NCBI RefSeq assembly: GCF_963506605.1
Contig: NC_083277.1
Span: 58,032,001 to 58,096,000, forward strand
Source: Zootoca vivipara
Taxonomy: Eukaryota
Reading direction: 5' to 3'
Length of the DNA: 64,000 nucleotides
Shown here one piece after another: positions 48,666 through 61,585 of this stretch (position 1 is the stretch's first letter; the number at the start of each line of letters is the position of its first letter). Made by a program: the position numbers and the translations under genes. Under the pieces are notes generated by a model, which was not told where the DNA came from, ran no database searches, and worked only from the letters and a program-made list of their open reading frames with translations.

Positions 48666-50500
48666 ATCTTACCTATGAAGTAAGCCAATGTCAATCCATA
48701 GTTTAAGAAGCAGGCTTTTTTCCAACTGACAGCAATTAAGATTGACCACAGTTCAAGATCTGGACATAAATCCAAACTCTGGTTTGAAACAGGCTTCTGA
48801 TCCCTTTGTGACCCTACAAGAAGGAAGAGAGAGTTTTAATGTTACATCATGGTTTAGTGCCAAGCCTGAACTGGGCTATATTCATAGTTGAGCCCATTTT
48901 ATGTGGAATGTGGCCACCTGTTTCCTTGTTATCAGTGTATGTTCTAGGAGAACATTTCTAAAAATAAAACAAAGCAAATCTGTGGGAACTCTCCTCACAA
49001 GCCATTCACTGTTGTGGTTGTCAAAACATACTTTCTACAAAACCAACAAACCACATGAGTGGTGTTGGAGATGAAATGCTCATGATGTTAATTAGCCATC
49101 ATAACCAGGAACTTACTGCATTAATTTTTTTTTTTTGTTTAAGTCTCTCAGCGCATCTTCTTGTGTGTAGGATGCAAGCCACTTTCCTTAGCCAAGGCTT
49201 GCATTAGTAAGATATGGGCAGTAACACTGGCCTTTTTCACCCAGCTGCTCCAAGGATTAATACAATGATGTGAAACAGTTTAAATTCTTATGAAAAGTGC
49301 TATATACATTTTAAGCAGTAGTAGCTTTCTTCTTCCAAAGCTCACAAAGTAGAAGGGTACATGTTGTCTATATGTTCTGGTGAAATTAGGTTGTTCTAAA
49401 GAGGCTGACAGAAGCTGACATCTAATATGTTCCTAAGTCTTCTTTCACTTCCTCTTCTCCAAATCACGCAAAGTAATACATTAATCACTCTTTTTGAAAG
49501 TATACCTTGCATTTTCAGTTATATTTCCTATTTGGGAGACAACTGCGGCTTCTATGTTTTGATGAATTTTTGAAGTCGCTCAATTGCATAATATTCAAAT
49601 AACTCCCTCCCCTATTCATCCTATGGGGAGTGCAGCAAGGATAAAAATAGTGATTGTGGGAGATCTTTCTCTCCATATTTCTTAATGGTCGTGGGGGAGG
49701 GGATTTGCTCGTATTGTATGGCAGTTTTAAGGGGGGGCAACACCCCTTTTGGAGATTCCTGGTTGTCTTCAGTGCACACAATGGAAGTAGAGTATGCAGG
49801 ATATATGCCTAAGATTCTGCTTCAACCCTGCTTGCAACATTGTTGTATTTCTCACAGAGGTGCTAGACCTGTCTGGTATGTACCATTTCAGACTTCTAGT
49901 TGCGAGCTGCCTGGATGAGAGAGATATCTTCCCGATACCAAATTTTCTATATGCAGGGAGCTTCCTAGCCCCCCTATGGCCTATTTACCCATGTAGGCTC
50001 CAACCTGCTCTCTGAAGTTCACCACCTCTGTAATAACTAGGTGTAGGTTTCTTAGATTTTACTTTCCCCCTTCTTGTTTTGCTAAGAAGGATCCTTTTCC
50101 GTTAAACAAAATGAATGTCTTAGTTGCTAAGACACCTCAACGCCACATTTGTTTTCTCAAAGGCAAAAAATGAAAACCCTTCCTCCTATTTTTACAGATT
50201 CTGATGAGCAGCATTGCTCCTGCAACAAAGAGAGAATTCGTATGGATGTGTGTCTAGCTTATTCTAAGGCAGGCATGGGGAAGCTCAGGCACAGGGATTG
50301 AATGTGGCCCTCCAGGGATCTCCCTCTGGCCCCCCACCCCACCCTATACCCTTCTCCAGTCCTGCTCTACATCCTTCTTGAATGCTTTTGCCTGGTTGGA
50401 ATGTGTTCTTCAACTCTTGAGGCCTCTTGCTTGCCTGGATGAAAGACTGAAGTGTGTATAGAGACTTCTGGTTCTTGTGTAGCTGCAGTGTAGCCTACAA

Positions 50501-50636
50501 CAGTGTTTCCCAACCTTGTGCCTCCAGCTGTTTTCGGACTACAATTCCCATCATTCCTGACCACTGGTCTTGCTAGCTAGGGATGATGGGAATTGTAGTC
50601 TCAAAACATCTGGAGGCACAAGGTTGGGAAACACTG
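50501..50636. mobile_element. hAT MITE (hairpin family), nested in an older element at about 50269-50745
   Basis: TIR cagtgtttcccaaccttgtgcctccag, TSD gcctacaa/gcctacag. Confidence 0.88.
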
Positions 50637-52120
50637 GCCTACAGTACAAAGGCACTGCATCCACTGCTCGACTGTCTGCTGTTGTCCCTGATCTTATCCA
50701 CACAAGAGAAATGCACCCCTTGAGCTGAATATGGTCCCCCAGCCCTGTTCAGAGTGGCAGCCTCTAACAACCAACACTGCCGCTGCCCTTTGGTTCTTGC
50801 GGCTTAGACTTAGCCTTGCTTTGAAAAATGAGGAGGCGGTGGCATAGACTCTGGCTCCTGGGCAGCAGAAGGGGATTAGTGAGGGCAAGCTTAAATTGTT
50901 TACAGCCTGCTGTTTGAATAGTGGGAGGTTGCTAGACCGTCTGTACTAGAAGCAGCAGTGCTGGTGGCTGCCTGACACAGCTGGAGTCAGCCCAAGGCAT
51001 TTTGATACCTGAGGCAGAAAAATCCCACCATGGCATGCCTCATGGTGATAAAAATGCAGGAAATTAAGAGCTGTAGCCAACCAAGTTCCATTTGCAGGTG
51101 TCCTTGTGTGAACGGGACAATTTTGTTGGATGCGAACCAGAGGAATTGACAATTTGCTGCCCCCCCTTTTTTATTACTCCCAAATCTTCTGCCTGAGTTG
51201 GGCTGTCTCACCCCGGCTAATGGTGCCTATGGTCCTTACCACAGGCTTTCTCCCCCCCCTCTCCCCCATATTCCCCCAGTAAATTTGGGATAAAAGTGGG
51301 GAGGGTTCCCAGACAGGCAAGAAACGATGTACACATGAATGGCCCTAGGCATATTTTACCAGATCATACTTGTTAATTTGAAAATGCTAAAAGAACACTG
51401 AAAACTCCTCTACGCTTATAAATCTTGCTGCATACCAGCATTCACATTTAATTATGAGGAAATTAATGAGGGGAAAATTACCACAAACTCTGAAACACAT
51501 CCGTGACCTCTTGTCGTCTGGCTTCTTCCTTCTTGGGCCCCTTTGCAGAGTTACATAAAAAGATGTGGTAGGGTTAGGAACTTTTCAAAAATGAGTTCAA
51601 ACTGCCACTTATTAAGTAAGTCAGAATGCTCTATGGCTGGTTGGAAAATTTTGAGGGCCAAGCTAGGCATTACATGTGGCAGCATTTAATGTGCCTGGCT
51701 TTTGTCCTTTTAATATTAGGTACGGTAAGTGGCTCTGATCAGAGCTGGAAGACTCTGAGGTAAAAACTTCATCTCCCAGGGCTAAACACTTCATCTCCCA
51801 GGGCTGAGACCCCGAAGCTGCTCTTGACCCCAGCATGTGAGCCTTGTGATGGGTAGCTTCCTCACGGTGTAATGGGATGAGTTTCAGTGGCACCCGATGG
51901 GGGGAGAGTTAAAAGACTTTCCCACCCTTGCATTGCAGTCCCAGTCCTGATTGATACTCCCACCCTGTGACCACTCTACAAATAATTAAAAGCAGGTCTA
52001 CACACATTTAACATTATGACTGTTTTGGCCATGAGATGCACTATTATAAACAAGACATAGAGGTAACTTAGCAGAAGTACTCAATGCTGACCAGTGTGAC
52101 TTCCAAAATACATGCAGGGC

Positions 52121-52121
<1 letters not shown>

Positions 52122-52204
<83 letters not shown>
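52122..52204. repeat. Compound (TG)n(AG)n microsatellite
   Basis: Direct observation. Confidence 0.97.
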
Positions 52205-52213
<9 letters not shown>

Positions 52214-52517
52214 GCAGGCCTATTGTGTGTCTAGTACTGTATAATATAATGGGTTTTTGTTCAGAGTACACCCATTAAAATGAATGAACATGAATAAGTT
52301 CATTAATTTCAATAAGTCTACTCCAAGTAAAACATAATAGCACCCAATGTATCACAATTATGTTTTATCCTTGCACTAACCATTTTATACCAACATACAG
52401 CTTTTTAAAACTCTCTTCACCCTGAGCACTTTATAATTTCTTATGTTCCCATATTAACATCTCTGCTCAATGCAAAACATGGTTTTCCACCTTCTGACCA
52501 TAGGAAAGTGTATAATA

Positions 52518-52934
52518 CAGTGGTACCTCGGTTTATGAACACAATTGGTTCCGGAAGTCTGTTCATAAACTGAAGCGTTCATAAACTGAAGCGAACTTTC
52601 CCATTGAAAGTAATGGAAAGTGGATTAATCCGTTCCAGACGGTCCGCGGAGTAACCGTTCATAAACTGAAGCGAACTTTTCCATTGAAAGTAATGGAAAG
52701 TGGATTAATCCGTTCCAGACGGGTCCGCGAAGTACTTAAACTGAAGCGTTCATAAACTGAAACATGGGTGTAATTGGTTCCGGAAGTCTGTTCATAAACT
52801 GAAGAGTTCATAAACTGAAGTGAACTTTCCCATTAAAAGTAATGGAAAGTGAATTAATCCGTTCCAGATGAGTCCGCGGCGTTCATAAACCGAAAATTCA
52901 TAAACCGAGGTGTTCATAAACCGAGGTTCCACTG
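52518..52934. mobile_element. Tc1/mariner (Tigger-like) MITE with internal tandem repeats
   Basis: TIRs cagtggtacctcggtttatgaac / gttcataaaccgaggttccactg, TA TSD. Three copies of ttcataaactgaagcgaactttcccattgaaagtaatggaaagtggattaatccgttccagac. Confidence 0.9.
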
Positions 52935-53338
52935 TACATAAAACACATCACTTATTTTTGTTCTTGATTTGGGGGACCCTTACAACAGCAACAAGCTTTC
53001 TGCTGTACAAAGTTTTTCAATATATAATTATGTAGGATTTCTCACTGCAGAAAACTTGCACCATTAGATTGGCTTGCAAAGTGAGATCATACCATATTGA
53101 TGTTGCTGTTCGGCTTGTTCTTAAAAGTAACCAGTAACCAGTAGGGACTAGGCTTGCAATGCTGTGCATAGTTTCTTAGTGTTCAGTCTCGTTGAACACC
53201 TTTGTAAATATTCAAGTTGTCCCAGATTTTGATGATTGTGATGAATGCTAGTGTCAAGAATGCAAGCATCTTATATTGGAGCTGCTTTGTACAATGTGGC
53301 AGCAAATGTGTATTTGCTATCCTGTATGTGCATGCCAT

Positions 53339-53649
53339 GGGACGTAGGTGGCGCTGTGGTCTAAACCACTGAGCCTAGGGCTTGCTGATCGGAAGGTTGG
53401 CAGTTCGATTCTCCTGTTGCTCGGTCCCAACTCCTGCCAACCTAGCAGTTTGAAAGCCCGTCAAAGTGCAAGTAGATAAATAGGTACCACTGTGACGGGA
53501 AGGTAAATGGCGTTTCTGTGCACTGCTCTGGTTTCGCCACATGACCCGGAAAAACTGTCTGCGGACAAACATTGGCTCCCTCAGCCAGTAAAGCGAGATG
53601 ATCACCGCAACTCCAGAGTCGTTCGCGACTGGACTTAACCTTTACCTTT
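53339..53649 (+). mobile_element. Sauria SINE, near full length
   Basis: Head gggacgtaggtggcgctgtggtctaaacc, tail acctttaccttt, 14-bp TSD tatgtgcat(g/a)ccat. Confidence 0.92.
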
Positions 53650-54767
53650 TATGTGCATACCATACAGATATGTATATTGTCACATATTTGCATTACATTT
53701 CTAGAAGTTCTGTCCCCCCCCCCCCCGGTTTAAAGTAACCCGATGCTGTTTTGGCAGCCTTCACCAACCTTCTCAACTTTTCTCTTGCCTCATATATGCT
53801 AGTTATACTGCCTTAGTGGAGTGGGTGTAATACTAAGAGCAAATGAAAAGGACTGTTAAGTAACCCTTGTAAATCTGATTTCTAAATAAGAGGGCTTTTT
53901 TAAAACAACAACAACAACAACCCTCTGCTCAAATTTTATTCAGCCAAATCCCACGTGTTTACTGAAAAATAAGCCTTGGCGAAGTTAGTGAGCTTACTCT
54001 CAAGTATGCAAATGTGTGTGCTGCCTACCAAGTATACTTGCAAAGTGGTTGCTTTCCTTTCAGCAGCAAATAAAATCTGGGGTGCTCCTTTCTACTATTT
54101 CTCATGCAAAAGAGGAGCATCCTGCTGGGGGATGCCTGTAGGCAACAATCACTGGGTGATATCTAAGTAGTACTCATAAATCAGCGGACCTTCTCTTATG
54201 TGTAACTACTGCTGGATGTCACCCATGTCTCTCATCAACACTGTCAAGGTGATTGTTTCACCACATATCACATCTGTTTTAACAGCACTGTGCTTATTTT
54301 GCATCAATCCTTGCTCTGATTGAATTACCACTATCAATATTTCTTGCATTTCATCTCCTCCTGACCCCGCTGCTTAACTCTTCCTCCTTGTGGGCATATA
54401 CCTGCAACTGAGGATTACACTTTATGCATAATATGTCAATTCCAGCTCACAAATGGTTATGCCATGACATTTTTTAGAAGTCTTTATGGAGCCATAAAAA
54501 TATTTGCTGCTTTTGCTGCAGCAAACTAACATGACTACCCTTCTGAGACTTGTTTCAACTCTAATGCTGGAGTACACCCTCTTGTCCCCAGATGTGCATT
54601 GCGTTGTTGTGTAGATTGGGGCTTGCTCAGCCCATTTAGGTATAAGCAATTGGCCCAAAGGGTACCAACCAATCCTAGGTAGGGATGGATTCTTGCTGCT
54701 AGCAAAAAAAGTACTTGGGCCACTGGGAAATAATGCTTTCTGGCCTGCAAGGATAACTGGCATCTGT

Positions 54768-54813
54768 ATTGGTATCTGAAGAAGTGTGCATGCACACGAA
54801 AGCTCATACCAAT
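54768..54813 (+). ncRNA. Minimal type I hammerhead ribozyme motif in a Penelope-like terminus (element runs to about 54875)
   Basis: Stem I attggtat/ataccaat (8 bp), core CUGAAGA, extra A, stem II gtgtgc/gcacac, GAAA, palindromic AGCU stem III, predicted cleavage after C54805. Confidence 0.75.
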
Positions 54814-54886
54814 GACAAACTTAGTTGGTCTCCAAGGTGCTACTGGAAGGATTTTTGTTTGTTTGTTTGTTTCAACAATGTCAGAC

Positions 54887-55102
54887 GTCAAAATGCAAGT
54901 AGATAAATAGGAACCGCTACAGCGGGAAGGTAAACGGCGTTTCCATGTACTGCTCTGGTTTGCCAGAAGCAGCTTTGTCATGCTGGCCACATGACCTGGA
55001 AGCTATACGCCGGCTCCCTCGGCCAATAATGCAAGATGAGCGCGCAACCCCAGAGTCGGTCACGACTGGACCTAATGGTCAGGGGTCCCTTTACCTTTAC
55101 CT
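54887..55102 (+). mobile_element. Sauria SINE 3' part
   Basis: Body with acctttacc tail, TSD atgtcagac. Confidence 0.88.
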
Positions 55103-55329
55103 ATGTCAGACCAACCCGGCTACCTACCTGTAACTAGCATCTTTATTGTGAAGAGAGGCTTACTACACTTGCTCAGAGGAACATTATATCAGAATGCAAT
55201 GCTGCCAATGATCCTTCCTGGTTCTCCTCCTCTCTGAGACTACCCCAGTTGTAACACCTTACCTTGGCCAGCTCCAGCTGTTGCTGCTGTTGCTTTATTG
55301 CTTCAAGGAAGACGAGGTAGCAGAGTGCC

Positions 55330-55500
55330 CAGGGCCGTCTCTAGCAGGTCGGGCGCCCTGGTGCTGAGGCGCGGAGATCGCTCCGGCGCCCCCACCCTCA
55401 CAGCGCGCAGCACGGCTTCCGCGCAGCTTCGTTGCGCAGCGCCCCCCTCCTGCCGGCCCGGCGCCCCGCGCCACCGGGACTGCACCTAGAGCCGGGCCTG
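55330..55500. mobile_element. GC-rich hAT (Tip100-like) MITE
   Basis: TIRs cagggccgtctctag / ctagagccgggcctg, perfect TSD agagtgcc. Confidence 0.88.
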
Positions 55501-55839
55501 AGAGTGCCAATGTAATGATTCCCTAGGAGGAGCTGCGATCTTTAGAGCTTGCTGCTCTAGTAGGAGGTTGATAGTAAGCACTGTGCCTCTTATGGAAGTA
55601 TAACAGTCTTGTGGCGTCTTAGAAGACTAGGAAATTTATCATGGTGTAAACTTTTGTGGGCCATGGTTTCTCGCCATATTACCAAAGTCTACCCCCGTCT
55701 CACCACCTTTCCTTTCTGTATTATAAAGTTGCACCATGAATTTCATTGCTCTGCTCTCCCTGCCCCCCCCCCACCTTGGGCACACCGTATTCCAAACCTG
55801 TTCCAGGCTCTGTCCCCAGTTGCCATGGCTCCATCCTAA

Positions 55840-57200
55840 CACCTGCTCTTCAGGCTGCAAGTCCCGCTGCTGCCGCGTGCAGCCGATTCCGGCGACAGCA
55901 GCGCGGCTGCGCAAAGATGGCCTGTGGCTGGGGAGGGAGGCGCGGCGGCGCGCCTGGTCACGTGTCCATAACCCGGGCCCGCGCTCCCGCCCTCGGCTTG
56001 CTGGAGGCCGGCGCGCGTGCGCGCTCTTCTTTCCCCTCTCTTCTTTCCCAGCTCCGAATGTTGTGAATAAAATGCGCCGTTTGTTACATCCTGGCGGCGC
56101 GGGCGGCTCTTAAAGGGCCAGAGACCCTGGGGCCAGGGTTACCCTCTTTCTACCTCGCCCGGCTCAGCTGGGAGCGCAGAGAGGGTCGCAGCTCGCCCCG
56201 AGCGTAGAAGAAAACAAAAGAAGCGACCGGAAACAGCCGCGGCGGCGGGGGAGGGGGCGCGGGCCCAGAGCCCAAATCAGGCGCCCACGAACAAACAAAA
56301 AGAGAAGAGGGGTGTGTGTGTGATTTAGGTGCATTTGCACCCCGAGCAGTCAGCGGAGAAGGTAGGTCTCGGGGGCGGAGGGGTGTGATTGCATTTCAGC
56401 CGCAAGCTGGCGATGCATGGGGTGGGAGGAGAGAAAGAGAAGGGGGTGGTGGTCGTGCAGCTTGGACAGTTGCGCTGCAAAGCTTCGGGGGATCAAGTCC
56501 TCTTAAGCCACACTAAATAAATAAAAATCCAGTCCGGGTGCTGCTCGGCAATGTCGGGGGGTGGGGAGGCATGGATGGGCCGGTATTGCAAACTGCGGCT
56601 TCCCTCCAACACCAACACGGCCCGGGGCATTTCCTCGCCTTTGATGGTGTGATGCACCTGCAGCGACGGGGGGGGGGTGCAACTAAGATCATCCTCTCCC
56701 CTTCCTTGCAGACGGTGAGCAGCACCTTCTTGTTCCTCATAGCGAAATAGCCCCTAAGACCGCTCACCCCCTGAAAGGGCCGGTGTTTCCTCTGCCTTTT
56801 TTTCTCCTGGCTAAGGAAGAGGCGATTGTGACTCCGAGGAAAGGGGTGCTGGCTTGCTGGGAGTTCAGCTGAGGCGGGGAGGAGGAGGAGGAGGAGGGCA
56901 GCCTCTCCTGCTTCAGTGACACGTGCTGCTCCTTTCCGATGTTGTTGATGCCTTTGTCTGATAGCGGCGAGGAGGTTGATTTCTTTTTGCGGGACTTGGG
57001 GGGGGGGATCCTCCGTGGGATCTGCTACCAGGAGGTAGGATTGGGGCTTTGTGTGTGCTCCTCTCCCCCGCTCCTCTTGCTTGTCCTTCCCGTTGTTTTT
57101 CCGTTTTGGCTGGGGCAGGCCGGAGGACGAGGCTGCCTCCGTTCTCTTTGTTATTGCTTTTGTTTCGCACGGAGCACATGGCCTGTGATCTCGCTGCTCT
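55840..57200 (+). promoter_or_regulatory. Second CpG island promoter with candidate first-exon donors
   Basis: CpG-rich. E-boxes (gtcacgtg near 55957, gacacgtg near 56918), NRF1-like gcgcgcgtgcgcgc near 56011. Donors AAG|GTAGGT near 56361, ACG|GTGAGC near 56714 and GAG|GTAGGA at 57034. Confidence 0.7.
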
Positions 57201-59199
57201 TAAAGTTACAGAACCCCAACCTTTGCACAAACGGATCGATTCCCAATTGTTTGGTCCTCCAAGCGGGAGGGGAATTATTCCCTTTGGGGCCTCGATACCA
57301 AGAATTACAAAGGCCCAAAGCACATTAAAGTGATTTTGGGTGGGTAAGTGGGTGTGTTTTTGCAAAAGGCACAGCAAAGCAAGCGGTGGAGGGTACAGAG
57401 GAGAGAGGGAAATGTACAATACCCGCGGATTAAAATAAACTGCATTGCCTCGCCTGTGTTCTGTCCAGCGGTCTGGAGTAAGCCCAGTAATAGCAGTGCG
57501 GTAATTAAAGTGCTGAATGTGTTCTGAACGGGAGTTGGCAGCTGTCTGGGGAAATGACAATATTCCAAACGGAAAAGTGGCACGTTTGTTCTGGATCCCC
57601 ATTGTGTCTGATAATGATGATCCGGTGTCTGTGTTCTAAGAACAAGTTCCTGAAGGTGAAGTGGAGAATGAAAGTGAGCAGTGGTGCAAAAGAAGCAGGA
57701 ACTATTAATTCTAGGCTTGCCTGAATACGCTTCCTAGTACTTTGAGGGCGGTAGTTAAAATTCGAACTGGCTTTCTGGTGCTGTTCCGTTTATCTCATGT
57801 GCATAGTAAAGGGTTGGGTTTTCTCATTTTCTTGTATTTCTCTTTTTAAGGAGTCCTGCCCCATGGCTTCCTTACTTGTGAAGTGTTTAAAGGAGCGTTG
57901 CTGGCACAGTCCCCACTGGTTGTGTGTGCATCGATAAGACAGTTTTGTTAGGCCTTCTTTCAGAGTGTATTTGTTCCTTTCACAATTTTGCTTCTTGGAT
58001 AAGAAGGGAGCTTAGGGAGGTCTCTCAACTCCCACTCAGAATAGTGCCCCCAAAGCTTGTTGTGTCTGCTGTTGCCCATGAGCACTGAAATGGCATTTCA
58101 TGCTGTTTTGTTATCACAGTTCTATCAATGCTTTGCTTGCAAGAAGCTCCTGGTGGGTTTCTGCCTCCTCTCAACCATCCTGTGAAGTAGGTTACGCGGA
58201 GAGAAAATGACTGGTCGAGCTTGCTTTGGGGAGGATTGCACACAGAGTTTTTTAGCTTTCCCCCATAACTTTTTGTATGGTATAAGGATCCCGTGATCTA
58301 CCAGAATCAGCCAGGGATCTACCAGTAGATCACAATCTACTGGTTGGACATCCTGCACTATTACCACTGTAGCTCTTTCCATCCCATCTGTTCTACAAAT
58401 AAAAGGAGTGTGTTGAAAGCAGAAGTGGGCATAGAAAACATACTCAGGAAGCAAAGACATTTTTGGCTAACTTTTGGAAGTAGATCAGATTAAAGTGGGA
58501 GGTTTCTGCAGGTGGCAGAAGCGAAGAGCCTTGGTTCATCATGGAAGAGTCTGTTTGCATTGTGATGTGAGATGGAAGGAGAGCGAGCTAGCGAGCTGAG
58601 AAGCCAGTTAGGACTTGGATTTTTTTTTGAGGGGGAGCTAAAATAATGCGGCCCAAATTCTGCCCAGCTCAAACCTGTTTGCTATAAGATATGATATAAA
58701 TGTACAGTACAGGATTTTGCATGCATCAACTTACATAACTATTTTAAATGCTTTTTTTCTTCTACTTTGGGTTTTTTTTTGTGGTTAGGAGTAAGATGTA
58801 GGCTGCTGAAGCACAAGTGACATGTGCCAGGGAGGCATTGAATTGTGCAAGGAATAGAGTGGATGAATTCCTTTGATAAGTTATTAACATCTGTTGAAAA
58901 TTTATTGGCATATCTAGAAGTGTATCTGCAATCATGAGGTCCAGTAACATTTTTAAAAAAACGACACATCATACAAAGCAGATTCTCTGTTCTGCGCATG
59001 AACATCCACACCCTTAGGCATAGAGATATTATAAGTGTTCACTATTGCTGGTATAAAAGTGTGTGAGGAATGTGCTGCATTCAGAGAGGTCACAGTGAAG
59101 GGAACTGGCTGTCTGGAGCCAGAGAACATCATTGCTAGATGAGTAGTAACATGGTGGAGAAGGTGCACAGTTAATCTGTTAGAAGAGAAGTTGAAACAA

Positions 59200-59406
59200 A
59201 ATTAAAAAATTCCTTCCAACAGCACCTTTGTTGTTTAGTCGTTTAGTCATGTCTGACTCTTCGTGACCCCATGGACCATAGCACGCCAGGCACTCCTGTC
59301 TTCCACTGCCTCCTACAATTTGGTCAAACTCATGTTTGTAGCACCTTAGAGACCAACTAAGTTTGTCATTGGTATGAGCTTTCGTGTGCATGCATACTTC
59401 TTCAGA
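59200..59406 (-). mobile_element. Penelope-like terminus interrupted by an RTE/BovB-like 3' fragment
   Basis: Reverse complement of the same Penelope end. RTE tail at about 59229-59339 between agcacctt repeats. Confidence 0.75.
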
Positions 59407-60306
59407 AGAGAAGTATTTCAGTTAACTCGGTCCCTTTGGAAGTGTAGACAAAGCGAGACAGATTCCTTAGTCATCTCACTTTCCAACTCAGGAAGCCTCC
59501 AGTATTGCTCCTGAAGTTTCTGTGCTCCACTGCAATATTGTATATAATTGCCCCATGACATTATCGCAAAGAATCTCACTACAGTAGTTGACTTAGTGTT
59601 GACCATGCTTTTGTGGACAATGCTAATCAGTGCAAATCTTGTTTTTATTATGTCAGTTAACTCCATTTGAAATGCTGGGAAGGTTTTATAGCAATGACCA
59701 GCCAAGGTATGTTTAGATGAATTGGCAGATTGTTAGGCGGTGGAGAATCATTAAAGATGGAATCTGGGGCTTCTGGTGTGCTATTGGGAGAAGCAGAAGA
59801 GTGGATGGTTGTGGTGATAAAAGTGCTGCCTCTTTGCTTCTGGTTCTGCTGATCAGTCTCAAGCCAGTGGGATGCTCCATGAGTCAGGCACAGAGGGACC
59901 ACTGGATATGGTAGGCAAGAGTGACCTTAAACCCTAGATGTGCCTTTGGGGGAGACAATACCAGAATTGCCTTTTCTGCCCCTTCTCACAGAAAAGGGAC
60001 AAAAAGCTGAACAGCAACCTCTGTTAGTGTGTCTCATTGCCACACTTCACACCCTAGCTGCTCAGTGTGTCATTGAAAGAAGCCTCCTTATGCTGGTAGT
60101 GGATTCCAATCCCCAAAGCAGCTATAGGCAGCAATACCTATAGAATTCCTGTTGTCAACCCTCACTTGCAGCAAAGAGAAAAATACTGGTTATCTGCTAC
60201 CAGGGCTTCACTAGGTCTTTTTCTTGTTTTTTTCTTGTTTTTGTTTTTTTGCTAGAGGTGTGGCAGATTTCCCCCAGCATTGAAACCATTTTATTTCTTG
60301 TGTTTA

Positions 60307-60640
60307 GTGGCGCTGTGGTCTAAACCACTGAGCCTCCTGGGCTTGCTGATCGTAAGGTTAGCAGTTCGAATCTGCATGACGGGGTGAGCTCCCGTTGCTT
60401 TGTCCCAGCTCCTGCCAGCCTAGCAGTTCGAAAACATACCAGTGCAAGTAGATAAATAGGTACTGCTGCAACAGGAAGGTAAATGGCACTTCTGTGCACT
60501 CTGGGACTCGTCACTCGGAAGTGGTTTAGTCAAAGCTGTCTGCGGACAAACGCCGGCTCCCTTAGCCTGAAAAGTGGAGGTGAGCGCCACATCCCATAGT
60601 CAAATTTGAGTGGACTTTACTGTCCAGGGGTCCTTTACCT
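60307..60640 (+). mobile_element. Sauria SINE
   Basis: gtggcgctgtggtctaaaccactgagcc...ggggtcctttacct. Confidence 0.85.
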
Positions 60641-61585
60641 ATTCCTTGTGAGTACTGAGAGATGTTTATAAAACTGATATTTGTTAAAAGACTCTGAGTG
60701 TGTCTGGAAGATGCACTTGATGGACAGCTTTTTGGTGGAAATAAAAGTGGCATGTCATGGTGGGCAACTTTTCCACCCTACAGAGTTCTCTAAGAATCCC
60801 TGTCATAAATAGCCTTTCCCCCTGCTGTCTCCTCACCTGTATATTAGAACTGGAAGGAAGTTTTTGTTTTTTCTCTGTTGTGCTATTTGCAGTTAGGGTT
60901 GAGTATGACAATGTCTCATCCTGTTACCCTCTCCGCTGATACTAAATGGAATTGCTGTTTGATGTATTAAACTGGATAATCCAATAACATTTGATTGGAA
61001 TGTATTATTTGGACAATTGATTCTATTTGTTTTGAAGTCAGGGAAATTTGGCTTTCCAGGCTCTAGAATTTTAGTTCTTGATTTGCATTAAACGAAGTCT
61101 TCCTTCATGTCATTCAAGCAAAAATGCAGGCAGCAGTTTCATCATGGGTTGATAATAGCATTTTTGTTAAAATGGGCATTTAAACTTTTTTTCTGAGCCA
61201 CGATAGCCTGTCTGGATGGTGAGCTTGCAGATAGCCACTTGCTTGGTTGCCTGTGGCAAGTAAGAGCCTCTTAGGTAGGGAGGCTTTTGCAAAATCAAAG
61301 ATAATTGGTTGTTCTTTCTTTCAGGATGTTGATAGATTGCAAATGCTGTCTGGACACTCAGACAATAAAAAATAGTTGTGGACAAGTAACCATGGTTGAC
61401 TTATTTATAAGATTGCTGTACATGCAAACCCGACTCTGCACATGGAATCAAATATGAACCTGGAAGAAATGAATATTTTGATTACATGGAAGACAAACGT
61501 GTGTTTGGATGTGTGCAAACTGATATGTTGAGGCTGTAAATGCAATACGTAGAGTCAGTGATATGGTGTAAAAACGTTCTAGAAC

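Noticed and set aside
50198-50240. Small internal exon, or hammerhead at ctgatgagcag
   Set aside because: The acceptor is good but the donor is weak, and there is no GAAA core for a ribozyme.
57614-57653. C/D box snoRNA (atgatga...ctga)
   Set aside because: Too short and lacks a terminal stem.
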